Source: Empedobacter falsenii (GTDB lineage Bacteria > Bacteroidota > Bacteroidia > Flavobacteriales > Weeksellaceae). Taken from it: DNA of 64,000 nt. The position numbers were made by a program, and so were the translations under genes. The stretch spans positions 905,876 to 969,875 of the forward strand of contig NZ_CP040908.1 in assembly GCF_013488205.1 (NCBI RefSeq). Reading direction: 5' to 3'. Every line of letters begins with the position of its first letter. Positions within the stretch are counted from its first letter, which is position 1. Shown here one piece after another: positions 21,198 through 31,458 of the stretch. The notes beneath the pieces are model-generated. The model was not told the DNA's origin and did not search any database. It worked only from the letters and a program-made list of their open reading frames with translations.

Positions 21198-22376
21198 TTA
21201 AATTTTTTCGATAATCATTGCAGAAGCTCCACCGCCGCCATTACAGATAGCTGCACCTCCAATTTTTCCTCCGTTTTGCTCTAAAACGCTTAATAATGTA
21301 ACCAAAATTCTTGATCCGGAATTTCCAAGTGGATGACCGATAGAAACCGCACCACCATTTACATTAACTTTAGAAGCATCAAGATTTAATAATTTAGTAT
21401 TTGCAATTCCAACAACTGAAAAAGCTTCGTTAAATTCCCAGAAATCAACATCAGTAGCTTTCATATTTGCTTTTTTCAATAATTTTTCAACCGCTTTAGC
21501 TGGCGCAGTTGTAAATTTTGAAGGTTCTTGAGAAGCATCAGCATAAGCAATAACTTTTGCAAGAGGTTTTAATCCTAATTCGTTTGCTTTATCCAAAGAC
21601 ATTAATACTAAAGCAGAAGCTCCATCATTGATTGTAGATGCATTTGCAGCAGTTACAGTTCCGTCTTTAGAGAAAACTGCACGTAAACCTGGAACTTTAT
21701 CAAAGTTTACATTTTTATATTCTTCATCTTCTTTAAAAATAACTGGTTCTCCTTTGCGTTGAGGAATTTCTACAGGAACAACTTCGTTGTTAAATTTTCC
21801 AGCAGCCCAAGCTGCAGCAGATTTTTTGTAAGAATTGATTGCAAATTCATCTTGTTCTTCACGAGAAATATTGAACTCAGTTGCACAAGTATCTCCAAAA
21901 AGTCCCATCATTTCTTTGCTGTAGTAATCTTGCAAACCATCGTTCACAATTCCATCTAACAAAACCGTATTTCCGTATTTATTTCCAGTTCTTGCATTTG
22001 GCGAATAAAAAGGAACCATTGACATGTTTTCCATTCCTCCAGCAACTACAACATCTGCATCACCCAAACGAATTGCTTGCGTAGCAAACATCACAGCTTT
22101 CATACCAGAAGCACAAACTTTGTTTACCGTTGTTGCAGGAATCGTATTTGGTAAACCTGCTTTTATCATTGCTTGCTTAGCAGGCGCTTGTCCTTCACCA
22201 GCTTGCAATACATTTCCCATATATACTTCATCAACCAAAGATCCATCTAAGTTGATTTTATCTAAAGCTCCTTTAATAGCTGTTGCGCCTAAATCTGTAG
22301 CTGGAACGTTAGATAAACTTCCCAAAAAAGATCCCATTGCTGTACGAACAGCTGAAACGATTACGACTTCTTTCAT
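21198..22376 (-). CDS. acetyl-CoA C-acetyltransferase (thiolase II)
   Basis: Active-site Cys in VNKVCASGMKA, a C-terminal CNGGGGA motif, and the catalytic His GHPLGNSG. Confidence 0.9.
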   Translation of the reverse strand: MKEVVIVSAVRTAMGSFLGSLSNVPATDLGATAIKGALDKINLDGSLVDEVYMGNVLQAGEGQAPAKQAMIKAGLPNTIPATTVNKVCASGMKAVMFATQAIRLGDADVVVAGGMENMSMVPFYSPNARTGNKYGNTVLLDGIVNDGLQDYYSKEMMGLFGDTCATEFNISREEQDEFAINSYKKSAAAWAAGKFNNEVVPVEIPQRKGEPVIFKEDEEYKNVNFDKVPGLRAVFSKDGTVTAANASTINDGASALVLMSLDKANELGLKPLAKVIAYADASQEPSKFTTAPAKAVEKLLKKANMKATDVDFWEFNEAFSVVGIANTKLLNLDASKVNVNGGAVSIGHPLGNSGSRILVTLLSVLEQNGGKIGGAAICNGGGGASAMIIEKI

Positions 22377-22547
22377 TTAATTGTGATTTGTTGTTTTTAT
22401 TATGATAACTTAATAATGCAAGATATAAAATTTATAGTAGTATTAATTTGATTTACTTTTTAAAGATTTTTTAAATTTGTTGTTGACTTAATACAGATAA
22501 TTGATTTTTTTTGTTAAAATGATAATTATCTTAGAATAGAATATTTT

Positions 22548-23873
22548 TTGGATGATAAAATGATTAAAATGCTGAAGATAAAAATGATATTATTTGGTTT
22601 GATTTCGTGTTTTGCAATTGCAATCGGAAATGCGCAAACCTTTGATCAAAAATATTTTAAAACAATTTTAGATTCACTTACGTCAAATTCGTTTGCTGGT
22701 AGAGGTTATGTAGAAAATGGAATGACAAATGCTGGAATTTATTTACAAAACGAATTTCAAAAAAATGAATTGAAATCTTTTTCTAGTAATTATAATCAAA
22801 TGTTTACTTTTCCGATTAATGTTATTAAAGATGCAAAACTGAAAATTAATGGAAAAGAATTGAAATATGGAATAGATTTTATTGTAAAACCAAGTTCTAA
22901 ATCAATTTCGAAAACGAATTTACCTTTTTATATTTTTGACACAAAAGCCTATATCGAATCTTTTCAATCGAAAGATAAAACGAGAGATTTTATTGTGAAA
23001 GATGATGAATTGCAAAAAGGGAAACATATTATTTTGCCGCCTTTAGTGACTTCTGTGGATTCTATTCAGAAATATTACAAACAATGGGCGAATATTTATG
23101 AGAAAGATGAGAATCAAAATCGGGCGATTTTTAGATTTACTTCAGATAAATTAACATCAAGTCTTAGTCAGCGACAATCTTCGATTTCAGAATTTATTAT
23201 TTCAGATAAATTTTATTCTAAAAATTTAAAAATAAACGATTATTCTATTGATTCAGAATTGAATAATTCATTCGAGGCAAATAATATAATTGGTTATATT
23301 GACGGAAAAAATAATGATAGCTTAATTGTGATTTCGGCTCATTATGATCATTTAGGGAAAGTTGGACAAACTATTTTTCCTGGAGCGAGTGATAATGCGA
23401 GCGGAACAGCGATGATGATGACACTGATGAAGTATTATTCGAAACATCAACCTAATTACAGAACGGTTTTTACGGCTTTTGCTGGTGAAGAAGCGGGAAT
23501 TTTAGGTGCAGATTATTATGTCAATCATCCACTTTTTCCATTAAGTCAAATCAAATTTCTTGTAAACCTAGATATTATGGGAGCTGGAGATCAGGGAATT
23601 CAGGTTGTGAATGGTAAAGTTTTTAAAAATCAATTTGAAAAATTAGTTGAATTAAATCTAACAAATAAATATCTAAAAGAAGTTAAAACTCGAGGAGAAT
23701 CATGTAATTCTGATCATTGCCCGTTTTATCTAAAAGGAGTTCCGTCGTTTTTTATTTACACATTAGGAGGAAAAGGATTTTATCATGATCCCAATGATAC
23801 AGCTGAAAGTTTGGATTTGAGTTACTCCGAAAAAGTATATAATTTGTTGAAAGATTTTATAAATAAGCTATAA
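22548..23873 (+). CDS. M28 family zinc aminopeptidase
   Basis: Signal peptide. Zn-ligand motifs HYDHLG, the DNASG region, and EEAG. Confidence 0.8.
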   Translation: MDDKMIKMLKIKMILFGLISCFAIAIGNAQTFDQKYFKTILDSLTSNSFAGRGYVENGMTNAGIYLQNEFQKNELKSFSSNYNQMFTFPINVIKDAKLKINGKELKYGIDFIVKPSSKSISKTNLPFYIFDTKAYIESFQSKDKTRDFIVKDDELQKGKHIILPPLVTSVDSIQKYYKQWANIYEKDENQNRAIFRFTSDKLTSSLSQRQSSISEFIISDKFYSKNLKINDYSIDSELNNSFEANNIIGYIDGKNNDSLIVISAHYDHLGKVGQTIFPGASDNASGTAMMMTLMKYYSKHQPNYRTVFTAFAGEEAGILGADYYVNHPLFPLSQIKFLVNLDIMGAGDQGIQVVNGKVFKNQFEKLVELNLTNKYLKEVKTRGESCNSDHCPFYLKGVPSFFIYTLGGKGFYHDPNDTAESLDLSYSEKVYNLLKDFINKL

Positions 23874-24336
23874 AAAAATAATCCGTTCAAAGTGAACGGA
23901 TTACTAACCAACCTAAACTACTATAAAAAACTCTAAAAAGTAAAAAGAGTGCGAGTAATTTCAAACTTCATAAATCAATTTCGTTATACTCGTTGCTACT
24001 CTTTGTCTTACTATCTATGAATAAATTATTTGACACTGCAAATGTCTAACTTTTATGTCTTATTTGGAGAAATTGTAAAAGATTTTATTTATAATAGATA
24101 TAGAAAATATTTATATAAATCGTTTGTTGTCGGATATTAAACTTTATATTAACCCATTAAAAATAAACAATAATAGTTAAAGTGTAATTGTATGAAAGCG
24201 TACTTTAACACCTTTTTAACTATTTGTTTACGAAAATATGATGAAATGATAAGATTTGAAATCTTTTCAACTAAATTTGATTTTTGAATCGTAAAGACTT
24301 CATAAATTTAAACAAATTTTAAACCAAAACGCCAAA

Positions 24337-24909
24337 ATGAGACTTTTTTTATTGGTTTTTTCCTTACATATTGTGTTATTTGTTGATGCGCAAAATGTTA
24401 ACCCAAATCAAATTCGAACAAAAATTTACGATACTATTTTACAAGATATCCAAAAACAAAGTTTAGAATTTCCGAACAAAAAAATTGTGGTAGATCCTAC
24501 GATTAATAAGTTTGAAGATTATAAAATGGACGAATTTGGGCTGAAATTAGATTCGGCGAAATATCTACAAGACACTTCAATTTGTTCTAAATTAACAACC
24601 TATAAATGCGTTTCGAAATTTGAGATTGATAATTATTCGATTGCCAATGTTTACAAAGATGAAGAAGATGCGCTATATCCTGACTTTTATGGAATTTATG
24701 CACCAATTGATTCGTGGTACAATTTGATTTATTATGCGGCTGTTAATCATTTTGAGAAGGATAGAGAATTTCAATTTAACGTCTTAATTCCAGTTCGAAA
24801 TGTGCAAATGAAAAATAAAACGATGAAGGAAAAAATGTTCTTTTATAACGTTTTGTTTGATGAGCAATTTAAGATTCTAAAATTTGAAAAATTATTATTA
24901 AAACATTAA
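24337..24909 (+). CDS. hypothetical secreted protein
   Basis: Signal peptide. No recognisable motifs. Confidence 0.4.
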   Translation: MRLFLLVFSLHIVLFVDAQNVNPNQIRTKIYDTILQDIQKQSLEFPNKKIVVDPTINKFEDYKMDEFGLKLDSAKYLQDTSICSKLTTYKCVSKFEIDNYSIANVYKDEEDALYPDFYGIYAPIDSWYNLIYYAAVNHFEKDREFQFNVLIPVRNVQMKNKTMKEKMFFYNVLFDEQFKILKFEKLLLKH

Positions 24910-24954
24910 AATTCAATCAGAAAAGTTGTAAATTAGCAAGACTCAAATTTTTAA

Positions 24955-25473
24955 TTGATGTTAAACGTTAGCGCTTATATAGACGAGCTTTTGCAGTTAT
25001 CAAAAGGCAATTTACGGATTTGCCGTATGAATTGGTGGCTTTTAAAATACGAAGATGAATTTGAGAAAGCAATAGAACAAACGTCTTGTAAAAAGTGGCA
25101 AAGATGGCTTTATAATGGAGAACATCCATATCCATGTGTTTGTCCAAAGCGCGAAAAATTATGCGTTTTTATCGATTTATATCGTGAATTGGATCGTTTG
25201 ACACAAGTGCAACGTTTAGAGAATTTTTTTCACGAATATTTTCAAAAATTTGAGTTGATTAAAGATTCAAAAGAATCTTTAAAAAATTGGATGAATGATA
25301 TTCGTCCAACGATTTCCTCTATTTATTTATTATTGGATAAGAATGATAATCTAAAAATTAGATTTTATAATTCGGATCCAGTTTTGGAAGTGAATATCAA
25401 TAAAAATGATTATAAATACACTTTGTTGTGTTTGGATATTTTTAACTACAACATGTATGTAAGAGGCATGTAA
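24955..25473 (+). CDS. hypothetical protein (Cys-rich N-terminal half)
   Basis: 172-aa ORF with no homology I can place. Confidence 0.35.
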   Translation: MMLNVSAYIDELLQLSKGNLRICRMNWWLLKYEDEFEKAIEQTSCKKWQRWLYNGEHPYPCVCPKREKLCVFIDLYRELDRLTQVQRLENFFHEYFQKFELIKDSKESLKNWMNDIRPTISSIYLLLDKNDNLKIRFYNSDPVLEVNINKNDYKYTLLCLDIFNYNMYVRGM

Positions 25474-25476
25474 ATG

Positions 25477-25509
25477 AAAAGAGAGTTGACAAAATCAACT
25501 CTCTTTTTT
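25477..25509. terminator. bidirectional intrinsic terminator
   Basis: AAAAGAGAGTTGA-CAAAA-TCAACTCTCTTTTTT. Confidence 0.75.
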
Positions 25510-25533
25510 ATGAAATAATAGATTAAATATGGC

Positions 25534-26487
25534 TTATTTAATTAAACCAATTTCTCTTAAACGCTGAGTCAAGAAATCTCCAGCTGTAATATCTTCAAAT
25601 TGTTTTGGATTTTCTTCTGTTACACAATCTTCTAAAACAGATAAATCCATTTCAGAAACTGGATGCATAAAGAATGGAATAGAAAAACGAGATGTTCCCC
25701 ATAATTCTTTCTCTGGATTAACCACTTGGTGAATTGTTGATTTTAATCTGTTGTTTGTGTGACGAGATAACATATCACCAACATTAATCACCAATTCGTC
25801 GTCAGCAGCAATAGCATCAACCCAAGTTCCATCGTGACGTTGCACTTGTAATCCACGACCTTGCGCTCCCATTAACAATGTAATCAGGTTAATATCACCG
25901 TGGGCACCAGCACGAACTGCATCTTTAGGCTCTTCTGTGATAGGAGGATAGTGAATTGCTCTCAAAATAGAGTTTCCGTTTTTTACTTTATCATCAAAGT
26001 AAAACTCGTCTAAACCTAAGAATAAAGCCAAAGCACGTAAAACGTAAACTCCTGTTTTTTCTAATTGTTTGTATGTTTCTTCACCATAAGTGTTAAAACC
26101 TGGAACTTCATTTACATCAACATTTTCTGGATAGTTGTATTTCGCTTTATCTTCTTCAGATAAATACTGTCCAAAATGCCAAAATTCTTTCAAGTCACCA
26201 ACAGTTCTACCTTTTGCATGTTCGTTACCGAAAGCTGTATAACCGCGTTGACCACCAATTCCTTCAACTACATAACTTTGTTTTGTTTCTGTAGGTAAAG
26301 CGTAAAATTCGCGAACGCTTTTATATAAATTTTCAACTAATTCGTCAGATAAAAAATGTCCTTTCAAAGCAACGAATCCTATTTCTTCGTATGCTTTACC
26401 AATTTCGTTGACAAATTTTTGTTTTCTTGCAGGATCATCAGATAAAAAGTCTGCTAAATTAACCGATGGAATTCCGTTTTGTGACAT
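25534..26487 (-). CDS. 2OG-Fe(II) oxygenase / isopenicillin-N-synthase family oxidoreductase
   Basis: H-x-D...H facial triad (HGDINLITLL ... HQV) and the C-terminal RFSIPFF motif. Confidence 0.75.
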   Translation of the reverse strand: MSQNGIPSVNLADFLSDDPARKQKFVNEIGKAYEEIGFVALKGHFLSDELVENLYKSVREFYALPTETKQSYVVEGIGGQRGYTAFGNEHAKGRTVGDLKEFWHFGQYLSEEDKAKYNYPENVDVNEVPGFNTYGEETYKQLEKTGVYVLRALALFLGLDEFYFDDKVKNGNSILRAIHYPPITEEPKDAVRAGAHGDINLITLLMGAQGRGLQVQRHDGTWVDAIAADDELVINVGDMLSRHTNNRLKSTIHQVVNPEKELWGTSRFSIPFFMHPVSEMDLSVLEDCVTEENPKQFEDITAGDFLTQRLREIGLIK

Positions 26488-26762
26488 TTATATTTTGTTT
26501 TATAAAATTTCTTCAGCAAAGGTATAGAAAGATTTCTTTTGTGAATAATATTGTTAATAACTTTTTTAATCAACTGTTGGTTTGATGCAAAACTAAGTCG
26601 TTTAAATGGTTCTAATTGTTTAAAATATTAATTATAAGTAAAATATGATTTTAAACATAGGTTTTGATAATTTCTATCTTGATAAATATAATTTATTAAA
26701 ATTACATTATAAATAGTTATTAATAATAGTTGTTTTAAATAATATGAATTAATTTTAAGAAT

Positions 26763-27203
26763 ATGAAGAAATATTTATTTGTATTTTTTGTTTGTATTAG
26801 CATAATGTTGTTTTCACAAGAGTCTATAAAAACTCCTTTGATATATCTAAGTTGTAAAAAAGTTGAACAGAAGGGAAATGAGGAGTTGAATAAATGTTTT
26901 AAACAAAATTTTAGAAAAGATTTTTATAAAATGGTAAGCATGGAATTAAGGTCGAGAAACTTAATTACGAATTACCTTCTTAAAGCTAAATTCAATTTTA
27001 TTTTTGATGAAAATGGTATAATTTCTATTTCTGATTTTGAAGGAAGTGAGGACACGAAAGATATTGTAGAAAAGTCTTTATTTAGGTTAAATGAGAGAAT
27101 TAAAGGAGGTAAATATAAAATTATTCCAGCAAAGAATAATGAAGGAGAATATATAGAAACCACTATAAAAATTCCATTTCAATATGCATTTGTGAGAAGT
27201 TAA
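26763..27203 (+). CDS. hypothetical secreted protein
   Basis: Signal peptide. 146 aa. Confidence 0.4.
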   Translation: MKKYLFVFFVCISIMLFSQESIKTPLIYLSCKKVEQKGNEELNKCFKQNFRKDFYKMVSMELRSRNLITNYLLKAKFNFIFDENGIISISDFEGSEDTKDIVEKSLFRLNERIKGGKYKIIPAKNNEGEYIETTIKIPFQYAFVRS

Positions 27204-27257
27204 TTATTAATCTTCTTTCGAATCGTTATCAATCATTCTATATTTGCAAAAATATTT

Positions 27258-28163
27258 ATGATGAAAGATCAATTTTTTCAATATATACAAGACTTACAAA
27301 ATAAAATTATTGCCAAACTTGAAGAAGTTGATGGTAAAGCCAAATTTCTACGAGATAATTGGGAACGCGAAGAAGGCGGCGGAGGTCTTTCTTGTGTTTT
27401 AACAGACGGAGCTGTTTTTGAGAAAGCTGGCGTTAATATCTCGAAAGTTTATGGAGAATTACCAGAAACAATGCAAAAAGCGTTGAATGTTTCATCGGGT
27501 AAATTTTTTGCTTGCGGATTGAGTTTGGTTATTCATCCAACAAGTCCACATATTCCGACGACTCATGCGAATTGGAGGTATTTCGAAATGTATGACAAAG
27601 AAGGAAATATTGTCGATCAATGGTTTGGAGGAGGTCAAGATTTGACGCCATATTATTTGGATGAAAAAGATGTGATGCATTGGCATACGATCTGTAAAAA
27701 AAGTTGTGATGCGCATGATGCGGCTTTTTATTTGAAGTATAAAGAAGAATGTGATAAATATTTTTGGAATACGCATCGAGAAGAAGCGCGTGGAATAGGA
27801 GGTTTGTTCTTTGATTACTTGAAACCAACTTCAGAAAAAACAGTTGAACAATGGTATGATTTCGTAACAGAAGTAGGAAACTCATTTTTGGAGGCGTATA
27901 TTCCGATTGTTGAAAAACATAAAAATGATGAATTTTCTGCTGAACAAAAGGAATGGCAAGAAATTAGACGAGGTCGTTATGTGGAATTTAATTTAATTCA
28001 TGATAGAGGAACTTTGTTTGGTTTGAAAACTAATGGTCGAATTGAATCTATTTTGATGAGTTTGCCAAAACATGTGCAATGGCATTATAATCATCAGCCA
28101 GAAGAAGGTTCGGAAGAATATAAATTAGTCGATGTTTTGAAACATCCAAAAGATTGGATTTAA
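27258..28163 (+). CDS. hemF: oxygen-dependent coproporphyrinogen III oxidase
   Basis: 301 aa. HemF signatures (WEREEGGGG, HPTSPHIPTTHANWRYFE, RRGRYVEFNL). Confidence 0.9.
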   Translation: MMKDQFFQYIQDLQNKIIAKLEEVDGKAKFLRDNWEREEGGGGLSCVLTDGAVFEKAGVNISKVYGELPETMQKALNVSSGKFFACGLSLVIHPTSPHIPTTHANWRYFEMYDKEGNIVDQWFGGGQDLTPYYLDEKDVMHWHTICKKSCDAHDAAFYLKYKEECDKYFWNTHREEARGIGGLFFDYLKPTSEKTVEQWYDFVTEVGNSFLEAYIPIVEKHKNDEFSAEQKEWQEIRRGRYVEFNLIHDRGTLFGLKTNGRIESILMSLPKHVQWHYNHQPEEGSEEYKLVDVLKHPKDWI

Positions 28164-28176
28164 TCTATAATATATA

Positions 28177-28208
28177 AAATGCCTGAACAATTGTTCAGGC
28201 ATTTTTTT
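28177..28208. terminator. bidirectional terminator shared by hemF and rtcB
   Basis: AAATGCCTGAACAA-TTGTTCAGGCATTT followed by a T-run. Confidence 0.75.
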
Positions 28209-29652
28209 AATCTTCTCTCGATCCGTCATCGGCCATTCTGACCATTTTAGGTGTAAAAGTAGCCACAACATCTACTAAATCTTGTTGCGCAGCCATTACT
28301 TCGTGAATATCTTTATATGCCATTGGCGCTTCATCCTTTCCACCACCAATTAATGTAATTCCAAAATAATTCAAATAATCGTTTATCTTATTTTGAGATA
28401 ATGATTTAATCGCTTGTGTTCGGCTCATTTGTCGACCAGCTCCATGCGAAGCAGAATGAATCGAATTTTCTTCACCTTTTCCTCGAACCAAAAATCCTGG
28501 CGCAGTCATAGAACCTGGAATAATTCCCATTATATCTTTAGAAGCTGGCGTTGCACCTTTTCGATGAACAATGACTTCTTCGCCATTGTAAATTTCTTTC
28601 CAAGCAAAATTATGATGATTTTCTACTTTCGCTAAAACTTCAGCACCAATTGATTTTGCAATTTTTTGATGAATAATTTCGTGACAAGCTGAAGCATATT
28701 CACCCGCCAAATTCATCGCAATCCAATATTCTTGACCTTCGGCTGAATCTAAATCTAAATAAGCCAAATTCTGTGCTTTGTACGGAAGTTTACAAATTTC
28801 TTTTGCAATTTTTGTATAATGTCCAGCGATTGTAGCGCCAAAACCTCTCGATCCAGAGTGCGTTAGCAAAGCCAAATATGAACCTTTTTTGATGTTCAGT
28901 TTTTCATCATCTTCCTTGAAATCAATCAAACCAAATTCTACAAAATGATTTCCTCCACCAGAAGAACCCAATTGCGACCACGCTTTATCTTTTAAATTTT
29001 GAATAAATGAATTCGTCTCGAATTTTGCATCATCTAAAATCTGATGTTCAGCTTTGTATTGACCATGAAAACCATGTCCTGCACCAAATTTTGTATTTTT
29101 GATCAAAGTTTCTTTTAATGAATCGTGATGTTCAAAATAATGAGAAGCAGGTAAATCATAAATCGATAAAGCCATTCTACATCCAATATCAACGCCGACA
29201 CCATAAGGAATAATCGCATTTTTGGTTGCTAAAACTCCGCCAATTGGTAATCCATAACCTTGATGCGCATCAGGCATAATTGCGCCAGCAACGGTAACAG
29301 GAAGTTTCATGGCGACTTTCATTTGTTCTAAAGCGCCGTCCTCAATTTTTTCCGCACCATAAATTTTGAAATCGGTTGGATTTTCATTCAATTCAATCAA
29401 GTTTTCATCTTGATTTGGTAAATGAATTCCATCGATAAAGCCTTTTGCAAGCGTTTTGAAAATTTTATCTTCTAAAAAATCTTGTGGCGAAGAAAAAACT
29501 TGCGCATATTTATCAAGCATTTCGGCTTTTGTGTAACCATTTCTTTTTTTGTTGATTTTTAAGGCAATTCCTAAAATTTCGTTTTCAGGATAACCCAAGG
29601 CAATCAAATCGTTTCCATTGATCGGTTTATTTTGTTGTTCAGTTGTTTTCAT
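28207..29652 (-). CDS. rtcB: RtcB family RNA 3'-phosphate/2',3'-cyclic-phosphate--5'-OH ligase (481-aa archaeal/eukaryal-length form)
   Basis: Motifs MPDAHQGYG, GSSGGGNHF, NHHNF and SASHGAGR (metal, GTP and His-GMP sites). Its start overlaps the upstream gene by 14 nt. Confidence 0.95.
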   Translation of the reverse strand: MKTTEQQNKPINGNDLIALGYPENEILGIALKINKKRNGYTKAEMLDKYAQVFSSPQDFLEDKIFKTLAKGFIDGIHLPNQDENLIELNENPTDFKIYGAEKIEDGALEQMKVAMKLPVTVAGAIMPDAHQGYGLPIGGVLATKNAIIPYGVGVDIGCRMALSIYDLPASHYFEHHDSLKETLIKNTKFGAGHGFHGQYKAEHQILDDAKFETNSFIQNLKDKAWSQLGSSGGGNHFVEFGLIDFKEDDEKLNIKKGSYLALLTHSGSRGFGATIAGHYTKIAKEICKLPYKAQNLAYLDLDSAEGQEYWIAMNLAGEYASACHEIIHQKIAKSIGAEVLAKVENHHNFAWKEIYNGEEVIVHRKGATPASKDIMGIIPGSMTAPGFLVRGKGEENSIHSASHGAGRQMSRTQAIKSLSQNKINDYLNYFGITLIGGGKDEAPMAYKDIHEVMAAQQDLVDVVATFTPKMVRMADDGSRED

Positions 29653-30706
29653 ATAATTTGGTTCTAAGGTTGATTAAAAATTCTTCCATTTTCGAAGAGT
29701 TTATTTCGGTTGGAAGAAAATTTAGTTTAGATTTTTCTTCAATTTCTCGTTGTAAATTTTCAGCTTTTTCGATTACTTCTTCATAAGAAAAATCTCCGTT
29801 TTTTATCGCTAATAATTCGTCACGATCTTCTGTTCGTTTTACATTTAGGTTTCCTGTTTCCACTAATTCTTTCGCAACTTTTAACAAACGAATCGTGTGC
29901 ATCATATTTTTACTATCGTAATTTTTTTCATGCGCAATGTTTGTTGTGTAACGATCTTCATTTCGCAATTTCATCCAATCCCAATATTCTTTGTATTGCT
30001 TGCAATAAGTGGAATATTCATCTTTTTGGAAAATGAAATAGGCAATTGGTTTTTCATTTTTAGGAATTTCACTCAAACGAATATCATCATTATTTTTATC
30101 TTTTACGATTCCTTTATAATTCGATTTTTCGTTGTAATAAAGCGCAAATAAATCTTTCGAATGATTGATTTTACTTAGTCCGCAAAACGCTTGTTTGTAA
30201 GAATTTGAATTCATCCAATCAACAAAAGAAATGGTTTTGTTATCATCAATAATATAACAAAAATCAAGAACGGTTTTTCTGATTTCATCTATTGGATTTA
30301 GAAATTTCTTGTTCAATCCTTTTGCTTTTTTGATTTGACTCAAGGCGTATCCAACAAATGTTTTCTCAACTTCTGATGTGATAAACTCTTTATAATTTAA
30401 TTCATCTAACAAAGGCGATTTATACAGAACAAATTCTTCTGGAGTTGCTAGGATTTCTAAACAACTCGGATTATTTTTCAATAATAATTCAATGAATCGA
30501 CCAATTTCATAATATACAATATCATTGGTTTCGTTGCTCACTTGCGTTTGATATTCGAAACCATAAAATTCATTTTTAGGTAAATAAAAAATGCCACGAA
30601 TATCAGTGTCTGAATTTTTAGTTGCCAAATTATAGGCTTTGCTTCCGCTTATACATTCAAATAGAATTAAATTTTGACTTTTTAGATCTTCTATTGTTAG
30701 TTTCAT
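29639..30706 (-). CDS. Pol-beta superfamily nucleotidyltransferase (long paralog, 355 aa)
   Basis: N-terminal GS-x(9)-DxD motif (ISGSKAYNLATKNSDTDIRG). ATGA overlap with the upstream gene. Confidence 0.7.
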   Translation of the reverse strand: MKLTIEDLKSQNLILFECISGSKAYNLATKNSDTDIRGIFYLPKNEFYGFEYQTQVSNETNDIVYYEIGRFIELLLKNNPSCLEILATPEEFVLYKSPLLDELNYKEFITSEVEKTFVGYALSQIKKAKGLNKKFLNPIDEIRKTVLDFCYIIDDNKTISFVDWMNSNSYKQAFCGLSKINHSKDLFALYYNEKSNYKGIVKDKNNDDIRLSEIPKNEKPIAYFIFQKDEYSTYCKQYKEYWDWMKLRNEDRYTTNIAHEKNYDSKNMMHTIRLLKVAKELVETGNLNVKRTEDRDELLAIKNGDFSYEEVIEKAENLQREIEEKSKLNFLPTEINSSKMEEFLINLRTKLYENN

Positions 30707-31458
30707 TTTGTTACGGTTTTAATGAAAAATACATTGATTTTGTTTTTATCAAATTCAATTTTTGGTAATTTTTCGGTTTCGATTTTTAATTCATTTTTCA
30801 AATTAATTAACCAATCGAAAAGTTCATCATTTTTCGAAATTCTAAAACTTTCATCAACATTTGCTTTGATTTCAAGATATTTATCCACTCGGTTTTCGAT
30901 TGTTTTATCTCCGATTAAATGTTTTAATTTTTCAAATTCCATCGGAGGAATTGTTTTATTTTCTACAATCCATTTCGCTGAAAGAACCGAACGTAAAGTA
31001 TAAAACAAACTTTTGAGTTTAATTTCGTTTTGATGTTCCATTTCAATCAATCGCTTTGTTGTAATTCCCAAATAATGCATGGTAACTTTTTGAGAATTGA
31101 ATTGTGAAGCAGCTAAATTGAACAATTCTTTTTCGAAAATTTCATCAGAAATATAATGAATCGGAGATTGTAAATATTCGTTAATACTCGAATTTGATTT
31201 CAACATTAAGCGCAAAACTTTTTGAATATCCCAACCTTTAAAATCCAGTTCATCTATAATTTCTAAATCAATAAAATCATCAATTGGGTCAATTTTTAGA
31301 TAATCTTCAATTTTTCGTTTGTAAATAAATCGAACATCGTAATCGCTGTCAGTAGAAGGGAAGCCCCAAGCGCGGCTCCCAGATTCTATAGCAAAAAGAA
31401 TTTTGACGTTATATTTATCTTCTATTTCTTTTAATTTATTTATAATGATTGGTTTCAT
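30703..31458 (-). CDS. Pol-beta superfamily nucleotidyltransferase (short paralog, 251 aa; Nuc-transf-like)
   Basis: GS-x(9)-DxD motif (ESGSRAWGFPSTDSDYDVRF). ATGA overlaps at both ends. Confidence 0.7.
   Translation of the reverse strand: MKPIIINKLKEIEDKYNVKILFAIESGSRAWGFPSTDSDYDVRFIYKRKIEDYLKIDPIDDFIDLEIIDELDFKGWDIQKVLRLMLKSNSSINEYLQSPIHYISDEIFEKELFNLAASQFNSQKVTMHYLGITTKRLIEMEHQNEIKLKSLFYTLRSVLSAKWIVENKTIPPMEFEKLKHLIGDKTIENRVDKYLEIKANVDESFRISKNDELFDWLINLKNELKIETEKLPKIEFDKNKINVFFIKTVTK

Noticed and set aside
21759-22380. Plus-strand ORFs (66-118 aa) inside the thiolase gene
   Set aside because: They lie entirely within, and antisense to, a strongly supported CDS. They are low-complexity frame artefacts.
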